The notes under the pieces: model-generated
The model's input: the letters and a program-made list of their open reading frames with translations, nothing else
What the model was told of the DNA's origin: nothing
Database searches by the model: none
Shown: piece after piece, positions 1 to 10,164 of the stretch
Layout: every line of letters begins with the position of its first letter
Numbering within the stretch: position 1 is the stretch's first letter
Made by a program: the position numbers and the translations under genes
Source of the DNA: Calditrichia bacterium
GTDB lineage: Bacteria > Calditrichota > Calditrichia > RBG-13-44-9 > J075
Length of the DNA: 64,000 nt
Direction: 5' to 3'
NCBI GenBank assembly: GCA_050633245.1
Contig: JBOEGD010000009.1
Location: 256,001 to 320,000 of the forward strand

Positions 1-1627
1 AATCCAACCTTCCACGACGGTACACATGGGTATCCATAAAATCCATCGTTGCCTGAGACGGCAGATCCTTCTGATGTAGAATCCAGTTGGTGCCATTTAT
101 CGGTATCGAAACGCCTTGCGATTTTAACAACCGACGCATATCAGCAAAAAAGTCTTCCTGAATCTCATTCAGAAAGCGCTTTCCATCAGCTGAACTCCAC
201 AGATCAACGCTTGAAGCAAATTTCCAACGCTTCCACGCCCAGTCCGCATGTTGCTTTTCAAATTCAGAGATATATGGCTCCAAATCGAATCCATTGCTGC
301 GCGACGGAATAAAGTGTGATGTGATATCGTTTTCATTGACCAGCGTCGTCATCGCAAAAGACGGATCGTCTTTGTAGGCTATTTCGGTATAAGGATTGAC
401 GTGACCCCAAAGCAAAGCAGCATAACGGCGTTGTCTTTCTACCAGCTCTGGTACGACATAAGACAGTCCTTTCCAGGTACGCAGCTGCTTTGGTCTTGGC
501 CAGATTTCGTCGGGGTCGACCAGTAAATCCATTTGAATGTAAATCCCTTCTTTTTTCAAGCAGCAGAGTAGATAATCCAGCTTATTCCACAGCTCTTCAT
601 CAAAAACATATCGTCCACGCGGATCTAGTGAGCAAAGCTTTGTTGGAGACCAGTTAACATTCAGATGATGGATTCGAACAAGATTAACACCTATCTTTGC
701 CAACCGTCGTGCCAGAATCTGCGCTTCTTCGTAGTCTGGGAAACACTGCATAGCACTTAAGTTGACGCCCCAAAAACGTATTTCATCGCCATTCTGAAAT
801 TTGAAGGCTTCTCCGTCGGTGCGGACAAAGCCATGTTTACCAGCGGGGCGATGATTCAGAAACGATAAATCGATCGGGAAATCATCCCACGGAAGCGGGT
901 TCACCACCCAGTCTGCCGTTTGGTTATTCCGCCCCGGTAATTGTGGATCGAGCAGAGCAGATAGTTCACTTGAGAATTCCATTGTTACCTCAAGAGAATG
1001 CAAGCCTTCGTAAATCAGATCCTGCACTACCCAAATGCGCATCTCATAATGATCATTACGCAACAATACATCGACCTTTACCGGGTGATTAAACATCAAT
1101 CGAATATTGCCATATTCTGCATGCACCAACTGAACGTCCCGGACGGTTGAGGAAAACAGGGCTTTATCTCGTATCAGCGACAACCGAAAACGATGTTTGC
1201 CGCGATCGGCGGAAGCAAGTAGTTCCTGACCATACCAGACCGGTGTTGGCAAACGTAAACGGAGCGCGCCACCGATTGCCTTCACGGTCTGTGTAAAGTC
1301 CAGCGTTTGATCGAACGATATCGTTGTGTCATCAATTTGCCGGAGCGACAGCTGCGAAGGCAACGTCAACGAATAGTTTGTGGAGAAAGGAATTTCGACA
1401 TGCGTCTTCCAGCGTACCTGTCGCAAGTCTGTAGCGAAGTCCGCACGCGGCTCTAATGGTCGCAACCAGCTCCAGTGAGCATCCCAAAAATCGAAACCTA
1501 CATCGAAAAGCAGACGCTCATCGGCATACAGGTTAATTTTGTCTGGTCCTCTCGCCTCAAGGTCGAGCGAACCAGACATTGCGGAGAGGGAGGTAAAAAT
1601 CAAAAGCGACAGAATTCGAATCGTCAT
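1..1627 (-). CDS. Secreted glycoside hydrolase, GH5-like (clan GH-A); C-terminus truncated by window edge
   Basis: Not in ORF track. I translated the minus strand from ATG at 1627: MTIRILSLLIFTSLSAMSG (signal-like), open to the edge. It contains DLSFLNHRPAGKHGFV, RFWGVNL, LAKIGVNLVRIHH, GIYIQMDL and VNPYTEIAYKDDPSFAMTTLVNEND (NE acid/base motif, ~326-340). Confidence 0.8.
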   Translation of the reverse strand, partial: MTIRILSLLIFTSLSAMSGSLDLEARGPDKINLYADERLLFDVGFDFWDAHWSWLRPLEPRADFATDLRQVRWKTHVEIPFSTNYSLTLPSQLSLRQIDDTTISFDQTLDFTQTVKAIGGALRLRLPTPVWYGQELLASADRGKHRFRLSLIRDKALFSSTVRDVQLVHAEYGNIRLMFNHPVKVDVLLRNDHYEMRIWVVQDLIYEGLHSLEVTMEFSSELSALLDPQLPGRNNQTADWVVNPLPWDDFPIDLSFLNHRPAGKHGFVRTDGEAFKFQNGDEIRFWGVNLSAMQCFPDYEEAQILARRLAKIGVNLVRIHHLNVNWSPTKLCSLDPRGRYVFDEELWNKLDYLLCCLKKEGIYIQMDLLVDPDEIWPRPKQLRTWKGLSYVVPELVERQRRYAALLWGHVNPYTEIAYKDDPSFAMTTLVNENDITSHFIPSRSNGFDLEPYISEFEKQHADWAWKRWKFASSVDLWSSADGKRFLNEIQEDFFADMRRLLKSQGVSIPINGTNWILHQKDLPSQATMDFMDTHVYRRGRLD

Positions 1628-1634
1628 GATAAGC

Positions 1635-2717
1635 TCATTTACCGGAAGTCGTTGATCCAGCGGTCATATGCCGGGGTGGAGAAATGACGCTATCGAGAAC
1701 CGTACCATCAATTGTATTTTGCAATCGAGCCCCTCCAATTTTTCCCCAGGCAAACCGCAACATTCCGAAGAACTGCGGAACAACCACCAAGGCAAGGTGA
1801 ACCGCATAAAGCAGAGCAAATCCGGTGCTGAGACCGTACGTCTTTTTAAAGCTGGTCGTTTTCCAAAGCGGTCGAAGAAACGCTACCACAGCTATTAAAA
1901 GGCTTAAGATTGGAATTCCACCCAAAAAACCTGCTGCTAAAATGGCTATTGGAGCAGTTGCACCAAATAGAATGCGCATCACGGGACGTTGAAACAAGCG
2001 TTCGGGCAGGCCAAGGTTACGCCAGGCAATTTCCGCATAAGCGTGTCCGCTGCGATAGGCTCTTCGCCAATATTGCTTTGCAGAGGTCATGTTAATATCA
2101 TGTGTCGTCATTGGTTCAATAAGACGATATATCTGCCATCCATCGCTACGCATGCGATAACCAACATCTGGATCTTCTCCTGCAACCAGATGTTCGTCAT
2201 AACCATTAACCGACTCTAATGCTTCGCGTCTTACCAGCGCGTCTCCTCCAAACGATCGACAGGGACCTTCTTCATAATTGTAGCCGCGCTTGCCGGCCAT
2301 CAGTTCCCATTCGAGATTGGTTATTTGGTGATATCGGTTTTTATTGGGATGTTTTTCACGACGTCTGCCAATAATCGCGCCGAACTGTCCCTGCATTCTT
2401 CCCAACGCCTTATTGAACCACTCAGGATCGAGTTCGGTATCGGCATCAAGAAATTGAATATAGGGTGCGTGACCAGCCTTATAGCCGGCATTTCGACCTC
2501 TTCCGGGCGTGGGGTGTGGATGTCTTAAGGCAATGACCTGTGAAATCTCGGCGTTAATTGCCAAGTCGAGACTGGCATCTTTCGAGCCGCCATCGACATA
2601 CACAATACTTAGCAGTTCCTGTGGATAATTTGCTCTCCGAACCGAAGCTATGCAGTCCGTCAGATACAATTCGACATTAATACCAATAATTACCACATCA
2701 ATTTCAGGGTAGGTCAT
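1635..2717 (-). CDS. Glycosyltransferase family 2 with C-terminal TM helices
   Basis: VYVDGGSKD, GRGRNAG, FLDAD (DxD), AGEDPD; hydrophobic C-terminal segments. Confidence 0.9.
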   Translation of the reverse strand: MTYPEIDVVIIGINVELYLTDCIASVRRANYPQELLSIVYVDGGSKDASLDLAINAEISQVIALRHPHPTPGRGRNAGYKAGHAPYIQFLDADTELDPEWFNKALGRMQGQFGAIIGRRREKHPNKNRYHQITNLEWELMAGKRGYNYEEGPCRSFGGDALVRREALESVNGYDEHLVAGEDPDVGYRMRSDGWQIYRLIEPMTTHDINMTSAKQYWRRAYRSGHAYAEIAWRNLGLPERLFQRPVMRILFGATAPIAILAAGFLGGIPILSLLIAVVAFLRPLWKTTSFKKTYGLSTGFALLYAVHLALVVVPQFFGMLRFAWGKIGGARLQNTIDGTVLDSVISPPRHMTAGSTTSGK

Positions 2718-3259
2718 AGCTGCTCCTCCACGACTGAATGCGTATGAGACCCATTCTCTGGTGTCACTGGAATAATCCTGGCCGGAATACCAACTGCAAG
2801 TGAGTTCGCAGGAACACTATTTATCACCACAGCATTAGCACCAATACTCACATTATCTCCAATTTCAATGGCGCCAAGAACTTTTGCTCCTGCACCAAAA
2901 CTTACATTATTGCCAACCTGCGGTGCTGCAGGTTCCGCGGCTCGCTGTAATCCCACTGTTACACCATTTCGCAACACACAGTTATCTCCAAAGCTGGCGA
3001 AGCCGCTCACCACGATGCCACCATGGTGGTCGATGCGGAAGCTTTTGCCAACAGGTACCTCACATGGAAGCTCAATTCCGGTAAGCAGCTGGACAAACAG
3101 ATACGCAGCTTTATATATCATTGAAAGTGGTTTGCGAATGATCGCCGAGCGGATACCATAGCGCCAGCGTCCAAAGCGATAAACCGTCATTACCCAAAAG
3201 CCGGGTCGTGTCCAGTCTCCGCCATAACATTGCAAATCGGCACGGAGATTATTAAACAT
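2714..3259 (-). CDS. Serine O-acetyltransferase-like (CysE/WcaB-type) hexapeptide acetyltransferase
   Basis: Left-handed beta-helix repeats IDHHGGIVV, VGNNVSFGAGAKVLGAIEIGDNVSIGANAVV, AVGIPAR; polysaccharide-locus context argues against housekeeping cysE. Confidence 0.85.
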   Translation of the reverse strand: MFNNLRADLQCYGGDWTRPGFWVMTVYRFGRWRYGIRSAIIRKPLSMIYKAAYLFVQLLTGIELPCEVPVGKSFRIDHHGGIVVSGFASFGDNCVLRNGVTVGLQRAAEPAAPQVGNNVSFGAGAKVLGAIEIGDNVSIGANAVVINSVPANSLAVGIPARIIPVTPENGSHTHSVVEEQL

Positions 3260-5132
3260 CCTTTTTACCTCCGCTCAGGTAGCTGTTTAGTGTAACGTAG
3301 CGCAGAAGTAGCGAGTCGCTAAGCCGCTTCTTTTCATAAAGGCGCTGCATTTTTTCAGCAATGACCATCGGCAGATACCTGTCGACAGAATCCATTTGAC
3401 TTCGTATAAACTGCTGATTCTCAGCATCGGCCATGTAGCGATCATTGCTGAAGTAGGCCTCTTCAACCCTTGCCCTGTTCCTCATTTTTTCCTGAAATGG
3501 CTTGATGGTGCGGCGTCCGATTGCCGCAGCAACTTCACGACTGCGATAGAGCCAACCGGGATCCTTTGGAGAACCAGTAGACCCCGCTTTGCGAAAGTGG
3601 CTAAGTTCAGGTAAATAGGTTCGCCAATAATAATTGTAGAGGCCGTTTCCAATACGCAAACGCTTGTCTGTATTCAAGCAAACAGTTCGCACCTGAGCGT
3701 CTACAAACAGACAGGCGCAACGTGCAAAGGAACTTATACTCACTGGTCCCGCGCTAATAAGGTTTCGCCCTCTGGTGTAATGTTTTGCGGCTTCGACGAT
3801 GTCTAAGTGCAGATCTGCTGATGAGCGTGCTGCATCAAGAGTATGGCGAATTCGTTTGAGAAGCTCAGAACGTATACCACCGGTCATCATACCGGACAGT
3901 CCGGAATCGTCAATCGCTTCGGGATCGTTATAAAGCATGTCCAGATAAAAAGAATCATCTCGTGCCGGTTCGTTTACGTCCATCGTGAGAAACATGTAGT
4001 CCAGCAGTTCTTTTGGACTTTTGCCCTTCTTATAAAAATAGCCGCTGCCAAGAATAACGTCACCTATAAAACCATCCATGTAGAAATCGGCGTTGGATTG
4101 TTGCACGCGCTGCTGCAAATGCGAAACATGCGCATATTCAAGCGTTGCCATAATCCGCTGACGGCTTGCCACGTCACTGCCATAAACTGCCGGCAAATTG
4201 GTTGGAAACGATTCGCTGCGAAATTCAAGATTTAGACTATCTGCCACCTGAGATGCAAGAACGGTCTCAGCAGATCTATCATATCCAAAATTCAAACAGT
4301 CAGGTGCAAACGAGCTCGTATAATTAGCTAATAGACGTGAATCATAACCACCACTGAGACCGATAAAATATTCTGCCTGGGAAAACCTGGCAAAATAGGC
4401 ATTGATCGCCTTATGCAGTGCTTCTCCGGCATCTTGCAGCGATTGATACCTCAGGTCTGACGGCAAATAAGTGTGCAGGCTGACTGGCGTCGTGCTCAGA
4501 GTTCCTCTCTGACAGGCAACAGATAAAACCTGACCCGGTTTAAGTCGATCGATATTTAGAAAGATCGAGTCTGAAAACGGCAAATAACCATATTTTAGGA
4601 ATTCCACCGTGGCAATGGGACAAAGAGATGTTTCAGATAACCCGTACTGCGATTGGCGGTGTATAGACATCACATTCGATGAAATGTAGATACATTCATA
4701 GCTATTCCAGACAAAGACCGGCATGGCTCCGTAATCGTCCTGCAAAACAAAAAGCTCATGATTGATGCGATCATAAATTATTAACACAAATAGACCGCCG
4801 GCAATATGATGTGCCAGATCTTCCGGTTTCTCGTTATTCAGGATCTCGCGAATCCGGCGCAGATTGGTCTGCCCGTCGAGGGTCTTGCTATCGTGTAAAT
4901 ATAAATGGCCCTCCAAAAAAAGCTCATAAACCGGCGTGCCAAGGCGCTGCCAACAAACCTCCGTTCTGTCGAAGCTCCAGTTGATTGCAAGTCTGCCATC
5001 GCAGAAATAATCATCAGAGACCTCTTCTTGTAGAAAGTCCTGATTTTTCTCTATTCGCAGAAGCCAGCTGTTTTGCAGAACATTTGCCTGCTGACTTCGA
5101 TTGATTGAGTGAAAAGTCTGTACAAAATCCAT
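3252..5132 (-). CDS. Asparagine synthetase-like amidoligase (polysaccharide amidation)
   Basis: PP-loop IGLSGGYDSR, DGFIGDVILG, Ntn-like segment GLFVLIIYD...QDDYGAMPVF; no N-terminal catalytic Cys. Confidence 0.75.
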   Translation of the reverse strand: MDFVQTFHSINRSQQANVLQNSWLLRIEKNQDFLQEEVSDDYFCDGRLAINWSFDRTEVCWQRLGTPVYELFLEGHLYLHDSKTLDGQTNLRRIREILNNEKPEDLAHHIAGGLFVLIIYDRINHELFVLQDDYGAMPVFVWNSYECIYISSNVMSIHRQSQYGLSETSLCPIATVEFLKYGYLPFSDSIFLNIDRLKPGQVLSVACQRGTLSTTPVSLHTYLPSDLRYQSLQDAGEALHKAINAYFARFSQAEYFIGLSGGYDSRLLANYTSSFAPDCLNFGYDRSAETVLASQVADSLNLEFRSESFPTNLPAVYGSDVASRQRIMATLEYAHVSHLQQRVQQSNADFYMDGFIGDVILGSGYFYKKGKSPKELLDYMFLTMDVNEPARDDSFYLDMLYNDPEAIDDSGLSGMMTGGIRSELLKRIRHTLDAARSSADLHLDIVEAAKHYTRGRNLISAGPVSISSFARCACLFVDAQVRTVCLNTDKRLRIGNGLYNYYWRTYLPELSHFRKAGSTGSPKDPGWLYRSREVAAAIGRRTIKPFQEKMRNRARVEEAYFSNDRYMADAENQQFIRSQMDSVDRYLPMVIAEKMQRLYEKKRLSDSLLLRYVTLNSYLSGGKKDV

Positions 5133-5164
5133 TTCCCCTTCCCTTCGGGATCCCTCCCTTTTGC

Positions 5165-6154
5165 TTATCCGTGGCGTAAGACACCGCGGCCAAACCCGTC
5201 ACGACGTAACGTATCAACAATCAATCGGACTATTACTGCTGCTTCTTCACGTCTCATGTCTTGTTTCTCATCGCCACCGAGGCTGTTTTTGCACCAAACC
5301 AGAGAACGCCAGAATAGCTCGACACCTGCCGATGCCAGTACTGCAGCCAGACCATAGTTTTTTCGGTAGTAGCGAAACTCGCTCTCAATACGAAAATTAA
5401 GAAGTTGCTTTCCGGTTGAACTCATACGCTTTTTCGTTGCTCCAGAGGACTGCCCACCAAGATGAATCACCTCCGCTTCCGGAAAGAATACGACACGCCA
5501 ACCGGCACGTTGAGCCTGTAGACAGAAATCTATTTCTTCAAAATACATAAAGTAGCGTTCGTCCAGAAAGCCAATCTGTTCTACCAGTTCGCGGCGAATC
5601 AGGAAGTAAGCCCCCACCACCCAGCCAACATCCTTCACACTGGAATGATCCCACCACGTATAATCAGGGCCGCCAAGCGAAGGCGACTCGGGAAATCGCG
5701 CTGCAATTCCAGACATAACAAGAAATTTTTTCCAGGCGCCGGGCAACATTCTTGCAGAGGGCTGTAAGTCACCATCGGTTCCGACCATTTTGATTCCCAG
5801 AACACCGCATTTATTATGTTTCTCCATGAATCCGAGCGTCGAGTTCAAAACGCCTTCCTTTAAATAGGCATCCGAATTGAGCAAAAGAACATATTCTCCT
5901 GAAGCATGTTCAAAAGCCAGGTTATTACCCTTCGCAAATCCATTATTATCGGAACTTGCAATTAGCTTTACCCAAGGGAACTCTTTACTTACCATTTCAG
6001 GAGAACCATCTTTTGATCCATTGTCTACCACGAAGGTCTCGCTGTCGATCCCTTCTACATAGCGTTCGACGTGCCTAAGACACTCGTGTAACACGTCGCG
6101 AGTATTATAGCTGACAATTATAATAGATAGTTTCTTTGTCGCCGATGGTGTCAT
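5165..6154 (-). CDS. Glycosyltransferase family 2 (WbbL-like)
   Basis: SIIIVSYN, VVDNGSKDGS, NNGFAKGNN, LLLNSD, FLDERYFMYFEEIDFC. Confidence 0.9.
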   Translation of the reverse strand: MTPSATKKLSIIIVSYNTRDVLHECLRHVERYVEGIDSETFVVDNGSKDGSPEMVSKEFPWVKLIASSDNNGFAKGNNLAFEHASGEYVLLLNSDAYLKEGVLNSTLGFMEKHNKCGVLGIKMVGTDGDLQPSARMLPGAWKKFLVMSGIAARFPESPSLGGPDYTWWDHSSVKDVGWVVGAYFLIRRELVEQIGFLDERYFMYFEEIDFCLQAQRAGWRVVFFPEAEVIHLGGQSSGATKKRMSSTGKQLLNFRIESEFRYYRKNYGLAAVLASAGVELFWRSLVWCKNSLGGDEKQDMRREEAAVIVRLIVDTLRRDGFGRGVLRHG

Positions 6155-6173
6155 TTAGTACTCTCTGCTGTCA

Positions 6174-7082
6174 TTATGAATACAGCCCTTGAACGGGTGG
6201 TGGTAACTTTTCAAGACGCTTGCCAAGGTGCAATCGTTCCATCTGCCAGGCGTGCAAAGATTGACGAAACTCGTTATCGCCATAGCGTTTCATCCCCTGA
6301 AACATCGCCTTCAGATATCCTCCAACAATGCAAAGACCACCCAAGATATATGGACGTTCCAGCATGCGATAGCAGCCAATTGCCAGCAGATATAGCGGAT
6401 GGGTGCCCATAAAATACTGCCCACGTCCCCAGCGCATACGTCCATGATAAATACTCCGATGCGATGAGCCCATCAGCCGCTTGTGCAAAAAGTTGAGGTC
6501 ATTATGACGAATGCTACGGGTTCTCCAACCAGCGATGCGGGCGCGGTGAAAGGCAATTCCATCCCACATTACCTCGCGAACAAATCCACCAATATCTTCA
6601 AAGCATTGCCTACGGTAAAAGTTCATTGCCCCAACGACCATTTCATCGCTGGTCCGTTCTTCCACCTCTTTGCCGTCTTCGAACAGAATAACTTTTCCGC
6701 TCGCCGCTCCGAGTAGCGCGTCTTTTTTAAAGTATCCCAGCAGTGTTTCGAAATAGCGCGGTCTGAGCTCCAAATCTCCATCCATCTTGCAAAGATAATC
6801 CCAATCGATTGCTTGCAGACGCTCGAAGCCATAGTAGAATGCTTCCACTACCCCTGGCCCCACAGATCGCTCACCGCGATCCGGCTTGCGCACATAGCTA
6901 ATCCAGCTATAAATTTCGGCAGCCTTAGCACAAATATCCGGAGTACTATCCGTCGATCCATCATCAACTAACAGCCACTCAACAGGTTTATGACTTTGCT
7001 TCGCCATAGACTCAATCATAGCCGGCAAATACTCTTCTTCATTTCGAACGGGTGATACGATTACAATACGTTCAGTTTTCAC
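6174..7082 (-). CDS. Glycosyltransferase family 2
   Basis: SPVRNEEEYL, LVDDGSTDST, KMDGDL, CFEDIGGF. Confidence 0.9.
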   Translation of the reverse strand: MKTERIVIVSPVRNEEEYLPAMIESMAKQSHKPVEWLLVDDGSTDSTPDICAKAAEIYSWISYVRKPDRGERSVGPGVVEAFYYGFERLQAIDWDYLCKMDGDLELRPRYFETLLGYFKKDALLGAASGKVILFEDGKEVEERTSDEMVVGAMNFYRRQCFEDIGGFVREVMWDGIAFHRARIAGWRTRSIRHNDLNFLHKRLMGSSHRSIYHGRMRWGRGQYFMGTHPLYLLAIGCYRMLERPYILGGLCIVGGYLKAMFQGMKRYGDNEFRQSLHAWQMERLHLGKRLEKLPPPVQGLYS

Positions 7083-8386
7083 TGTGATTCGTCCTCCTGA
7101 ACTCTGGCAAGTTTCACTTCGGCTAAATTCCTTTGCGGCGCAAAGATTTGCAAAAGCCGGTTTACATTGACAGGCTCCGCAAACTCTTCTTCAATTCTAT
7201 TTAGAGCAACTGAGGCCATATTCGCAGTTTTTCGTGGAAAATTCAGTGCTTCACGTATTGCTTCTGTCAGCGAAGGCACATCGCCGGGCAAAGCCAATCT
7301 GCCACTGAATCCATCATGAATAAGCTCCGGGATTCCCGAGATTCGTGTAGAAATAACAGGAACACCAAGTGCCATCGCTTCCATCAGCACCACAGGTATA
7401 CCATCCTGATCACCATTCCTGTCGCGCTTACAGGCCAGAACAAACATGTCTAGCCCCTTCATCCAATCTGCGACATTGTCGTGTGCAATTGATCCGCAGA
7501 AAGAAACATGATTTTGTAGTCCCAATTCATTAACCAGCTCGAGCAGTTCAGCCTCAAGCGGCCCATTACCAGCAATTTCCAGCTCGAAATTCTGTCCTTC
7601 ACAAGAGAGGCTACAGGCGGCTCGCAACAAAACATCCAGCCCCTTCTTTTCAACAAGACGACCAAGTGAACCGATTTTTGGACGTCTTGTTGATGTCTCT
7701 TCCTGAACTTTTGGAACAAACTCTGAAGTATTGACGCCACAACGAACAATGCTTACCTTCGAAGAATGAATTCCCTGTTCGCGCAGCCAGCGACGATTAA
7801 ACTCTGATATTGTAACAGCACTGGTAGAGCGCTCGACTTTCTGTGCGAGTAGTGAACCACGCTGAAACAGATCGTTCGCGTGTGAAGTAAAGCTAAACGG
7901 CACGCCGGAGAGCGAAGCCGCATACATAGCGATTTGAGTAGGTACATGCGCAAAATGAGCATGTACATGGCTGCAGTTGTTTTGCGAGATTTGTCTTGAG
8001 GCGTATACGGCAACCATAAACTGGTAGAGTAATTTATAAGAAGAGGGTTTTGCAATACCCGTTTTACCAATATCTGAGGCTACCATGCTCAGCGTTGAGA
8101 GATACGAGACAGGTTTGGTACATAAACAGAAGAGGTTAATGATTAGTAGGCGCAACAGCGAGACGGCATACAAATAATCGGTACGCCTTGCTAATTCCCA
8201 GGCTTCGGTCTCTGAAGCTGTTTGTCCGGGTTTATGCACGGAAAGACTGAGAACATAGATTCCGCGACGTTCGAGCGCTAATATCTCTCGATAAATGAAG
8301 GTTGCAGAAAGGGCGGGAATTTCCGGCCCGATATATGCGAGTCTAAGGTTAGAAGGTGCTTTGTTTATTTCCAGGGGCTTCATCAT
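7079..8386 (-). CDS. Glycosyltransferase family 4 (WcaL-like)
   Basis: HVHAHF, LGRLVEKKG, DGIPVVLMEAMALGVPVIST. Confidence 0.9.
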   Translation of the reverse strand: MMKPLEINKAPSNLRLAYIGPEIPALSATFIYREILALERRGIYVLSLSVHKPGQTASETEAWELARRTDYLYAVSLLRLLIINLFCLCTKPVSYLSTLSMVASDIGKTGIAKPSSYKLLYQFMVAVYASRQISQNNCSHVHAHFAHVPTQIAMYAASLSGVPFSFTSHANDLFQRGSLLAQKVERSTSAVTISEFNRRWLREQGIHSSKVSIVRCGVNTSEFVPKVQEETSTRRPKIGSLGRLVEKKGLDVLLRAACSLSCEGQNFELEIAGNGPLEAELLELVNELGLQNHVSFCGSIAHDNVADWMKGLDMFVLACKRDRNGDQDGIPVVLMEAMALGVPVISTRISGIPELIHDGFSGRLALPGDVPSLTEAIREALNFPRKTANMASVALNRIEEEFAEPVNVNRLLQIFAPQRNLAEVKLARVQEDESQ

Positions 8387-8483
8387 TTACATCCTTGTAA
8401 TTGACTCAGGTTGCTCTTCCAAACATAGCCTGCATCATGCAGTTTATTTTTACAGCCAATTTTAGTTTTCGACAACCTCGCAG

Positions 8484-9101
8484 CTAAACATTAACCAATT
8501 GCGCTTTCGCAATTAACCGATTGCGATACCGCAATACTTTTGCAGGAGCACCAACAGCGATTGCCCCCGGAGGAACAGACTTAGTAACGACGCTGTTTGC
8601 ACCGAGAACAGCACCATCTCCGATGGTAATCCCGGGCAATAGACAGGCACCGCGACCAATCCACACGTCGCGGCCAATATGGATGGCCGCAATACTGTGC
8701 GTTTGTCTACGAATGAGTACGCCGGGTGTTATTCCATGATTGGCATCGCGTATGGAGACAAACTCTCCGATTAATGTGTAATCCCCAATTGAGATGTGGT
8801 CGTACGAGCAGATGGTCGTGCCGCGATTCAATCGCACTTCCCTACCCAAAGCAATCGAGCCGCTCTGTTCTGTCTGTAACTCAACGTAACTTCCAATACG
8901 GCAGTGCTCACCCATAAGCACCTGCCTGCTGCCTTTAATTGTCACCGGCCCATCGAATTGAGAACTTGCCGGAATACCAGCGTGTTGTCCACGCGCCCAA
9001 ATAAGCCAGCAAATACGCCGCAATGAATTGCGCAAGGGGTTCAGCATGCGGATTGGCAGAGCCAGCGCTTCCACCAGAATATTAAGAAGTTTCAGTTTCA
9101 T
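8484..9101 (-). CDS. Hexapeptide-repeat acyltransferase (LacA/WcaF-like)
   Basis: IRDANHG, IHIGRDVWIGRGACLLPGITIGDGAVLGANSVVTKSVP; start placed at ATG 9101 (track start 9149 overlaps the upstream gene further). Confidence 0.85.
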   Translation of the reverse strand: MKLKLLNILVEALALPIRMLNPLRNSLRRICWLIWARGQHAGIPASSQFDGPVTIKGSRQVLMGEHCRIGSYVELQTEQSGSIALGREVRLNRGTTICSYDHISIGDYTLIGEFVSIRDANHGITPGVLIRRQTHSIAAIHIGRDVWIGRGACLLPGITIGDGAVLGANSVVTKSVPPGAIAVGAPAKVLRYRNRLIAKAQLVNV

Positions 9102-10164
9102 ACGGCATCGCCTGATTTCTGAGTTGGTTTGCGTAAAGAAACGCTTCAAGTTTTGCGACCGACTGTGCCCACGAAAACTTTTCGCTTTTCAACAGGCCAG
9201 CAGTGACAAAATTTTCCATTAATACCGGATGGCTAAGCAGGGTCTCAACTTTTGTAACAAGCCCATCAACATCTTTTGGCGGTACGATAAAGCCATCAAC
9301 CTCGTCGCTGACGATATCCAATACGCCCCTGCTATTGGTCGTGACTATCGCGCAGCCCAGACTCATGGCCTCTAATACCGGAAGACAAAATCCTTCTTCA
9401 GTACTGGTATTCATCCACACCTTTGTAGAAAGGTAAATATCGCGAATGTGCTGCTGACTCGGGCGTTCAAAAAAATCCGTGTTCGGAGGAAGAGGTTTTG
9501 CCGGATATTCTGAGCCGAACAGCACAGCTCTCAGTTCAGGATTCGATTCCTGTAGCCGACGAATAACGTCAAGGCCGTCACTGGCGCGCTTTAGCGGCAC
9601 CGGAGAATGGGTCATTCCGATATCGTAATGACGTTCGAGCCCCTCCCCCAGCGCTTCAGAAAGAGCAAAATCTCTGCCGTTAGGAATAACAGGAATATTG
9701 TTATCATCGCACTTCGACTCTACAACTTCCTTCAACCAGTTTGAAATCACGATCTTTTTCATCGGAAAGCGAAATGTCGCATCTATAGCTTCCGCATCAC
9801 CATTCCAGGTTTCATACCCTTGAATCAGATAAAACCTAGCCGCAAAATCTTCCGGAAGTTCATTTGCCACAACCGCAGTCGACCAGCCAGTTGCAATTAA
9901 GCAATCGCATTCCGGAATGTTTTCCGGGGATAATGTCGGCACGGCAACGAGGCGGCCGCGAAAGCAATCCAGATGGTCTTTCTCATCAAAGAACTGGCGT
10001 CGCACATTGCGACGCAATCTTGTTTTCCAATGTGCCTGATGATGTGGGTAAATTACAGACACGCGATGTCCGCGACGCAAGAGCGCGTTTCCATATGCCG
10101 CTACTACCCGCAGTCCACCAGACAGCCCTTTATAGGGTGCGAGAAAATTGATAACCATAACCAA
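9082..10164 (-). CDS. Glycosyltransferase family 4 (WsaF-like)
   Basis: SGGLRVV, IATGWST, FYLIQGYE, EGFCLPVLEAMSLG. Confidence 0.85.
   Translation of the reverse strand: MVMVINFLAPYKGLSGGLRVVAAYGNALLRRGHRVSVIYPHHQAHWKTRLRRNVRRQFFDEKDHLDCFRGRLVAVPTLSPENIPECDCLIATGWSTAVVANELPEDFAARFYLIQGYETWNGDAEAIDATFRFPMKKIVISNWLKEVVESKCDDNNIPVIPNGRDFALSEALGEGLERHYDIGMTHSPVPLKRASDGLDVIRRLQESNPELRAVLFGSEYPAKPLPPNTDFFERPSQQHIRDIYLSTKVWMNTSTEEGFCLPVLEAMSLGCAIVTTNSRGVLDIVSDEVDGFIVPPKDVDGLVTKVETLLSHPVLMENFVTAGLLKSEKFSWAQSVAKLEAFLYANQLRNQAMPYETETS

Noticed and set aside
2714-3259. Calling this gene cysE
   Set aside because: It lacks the long N-terminal helical domain of housekeeping CysE and sits within a polysaccharide operon, so a sugar O-acetyltransferase is more likely.
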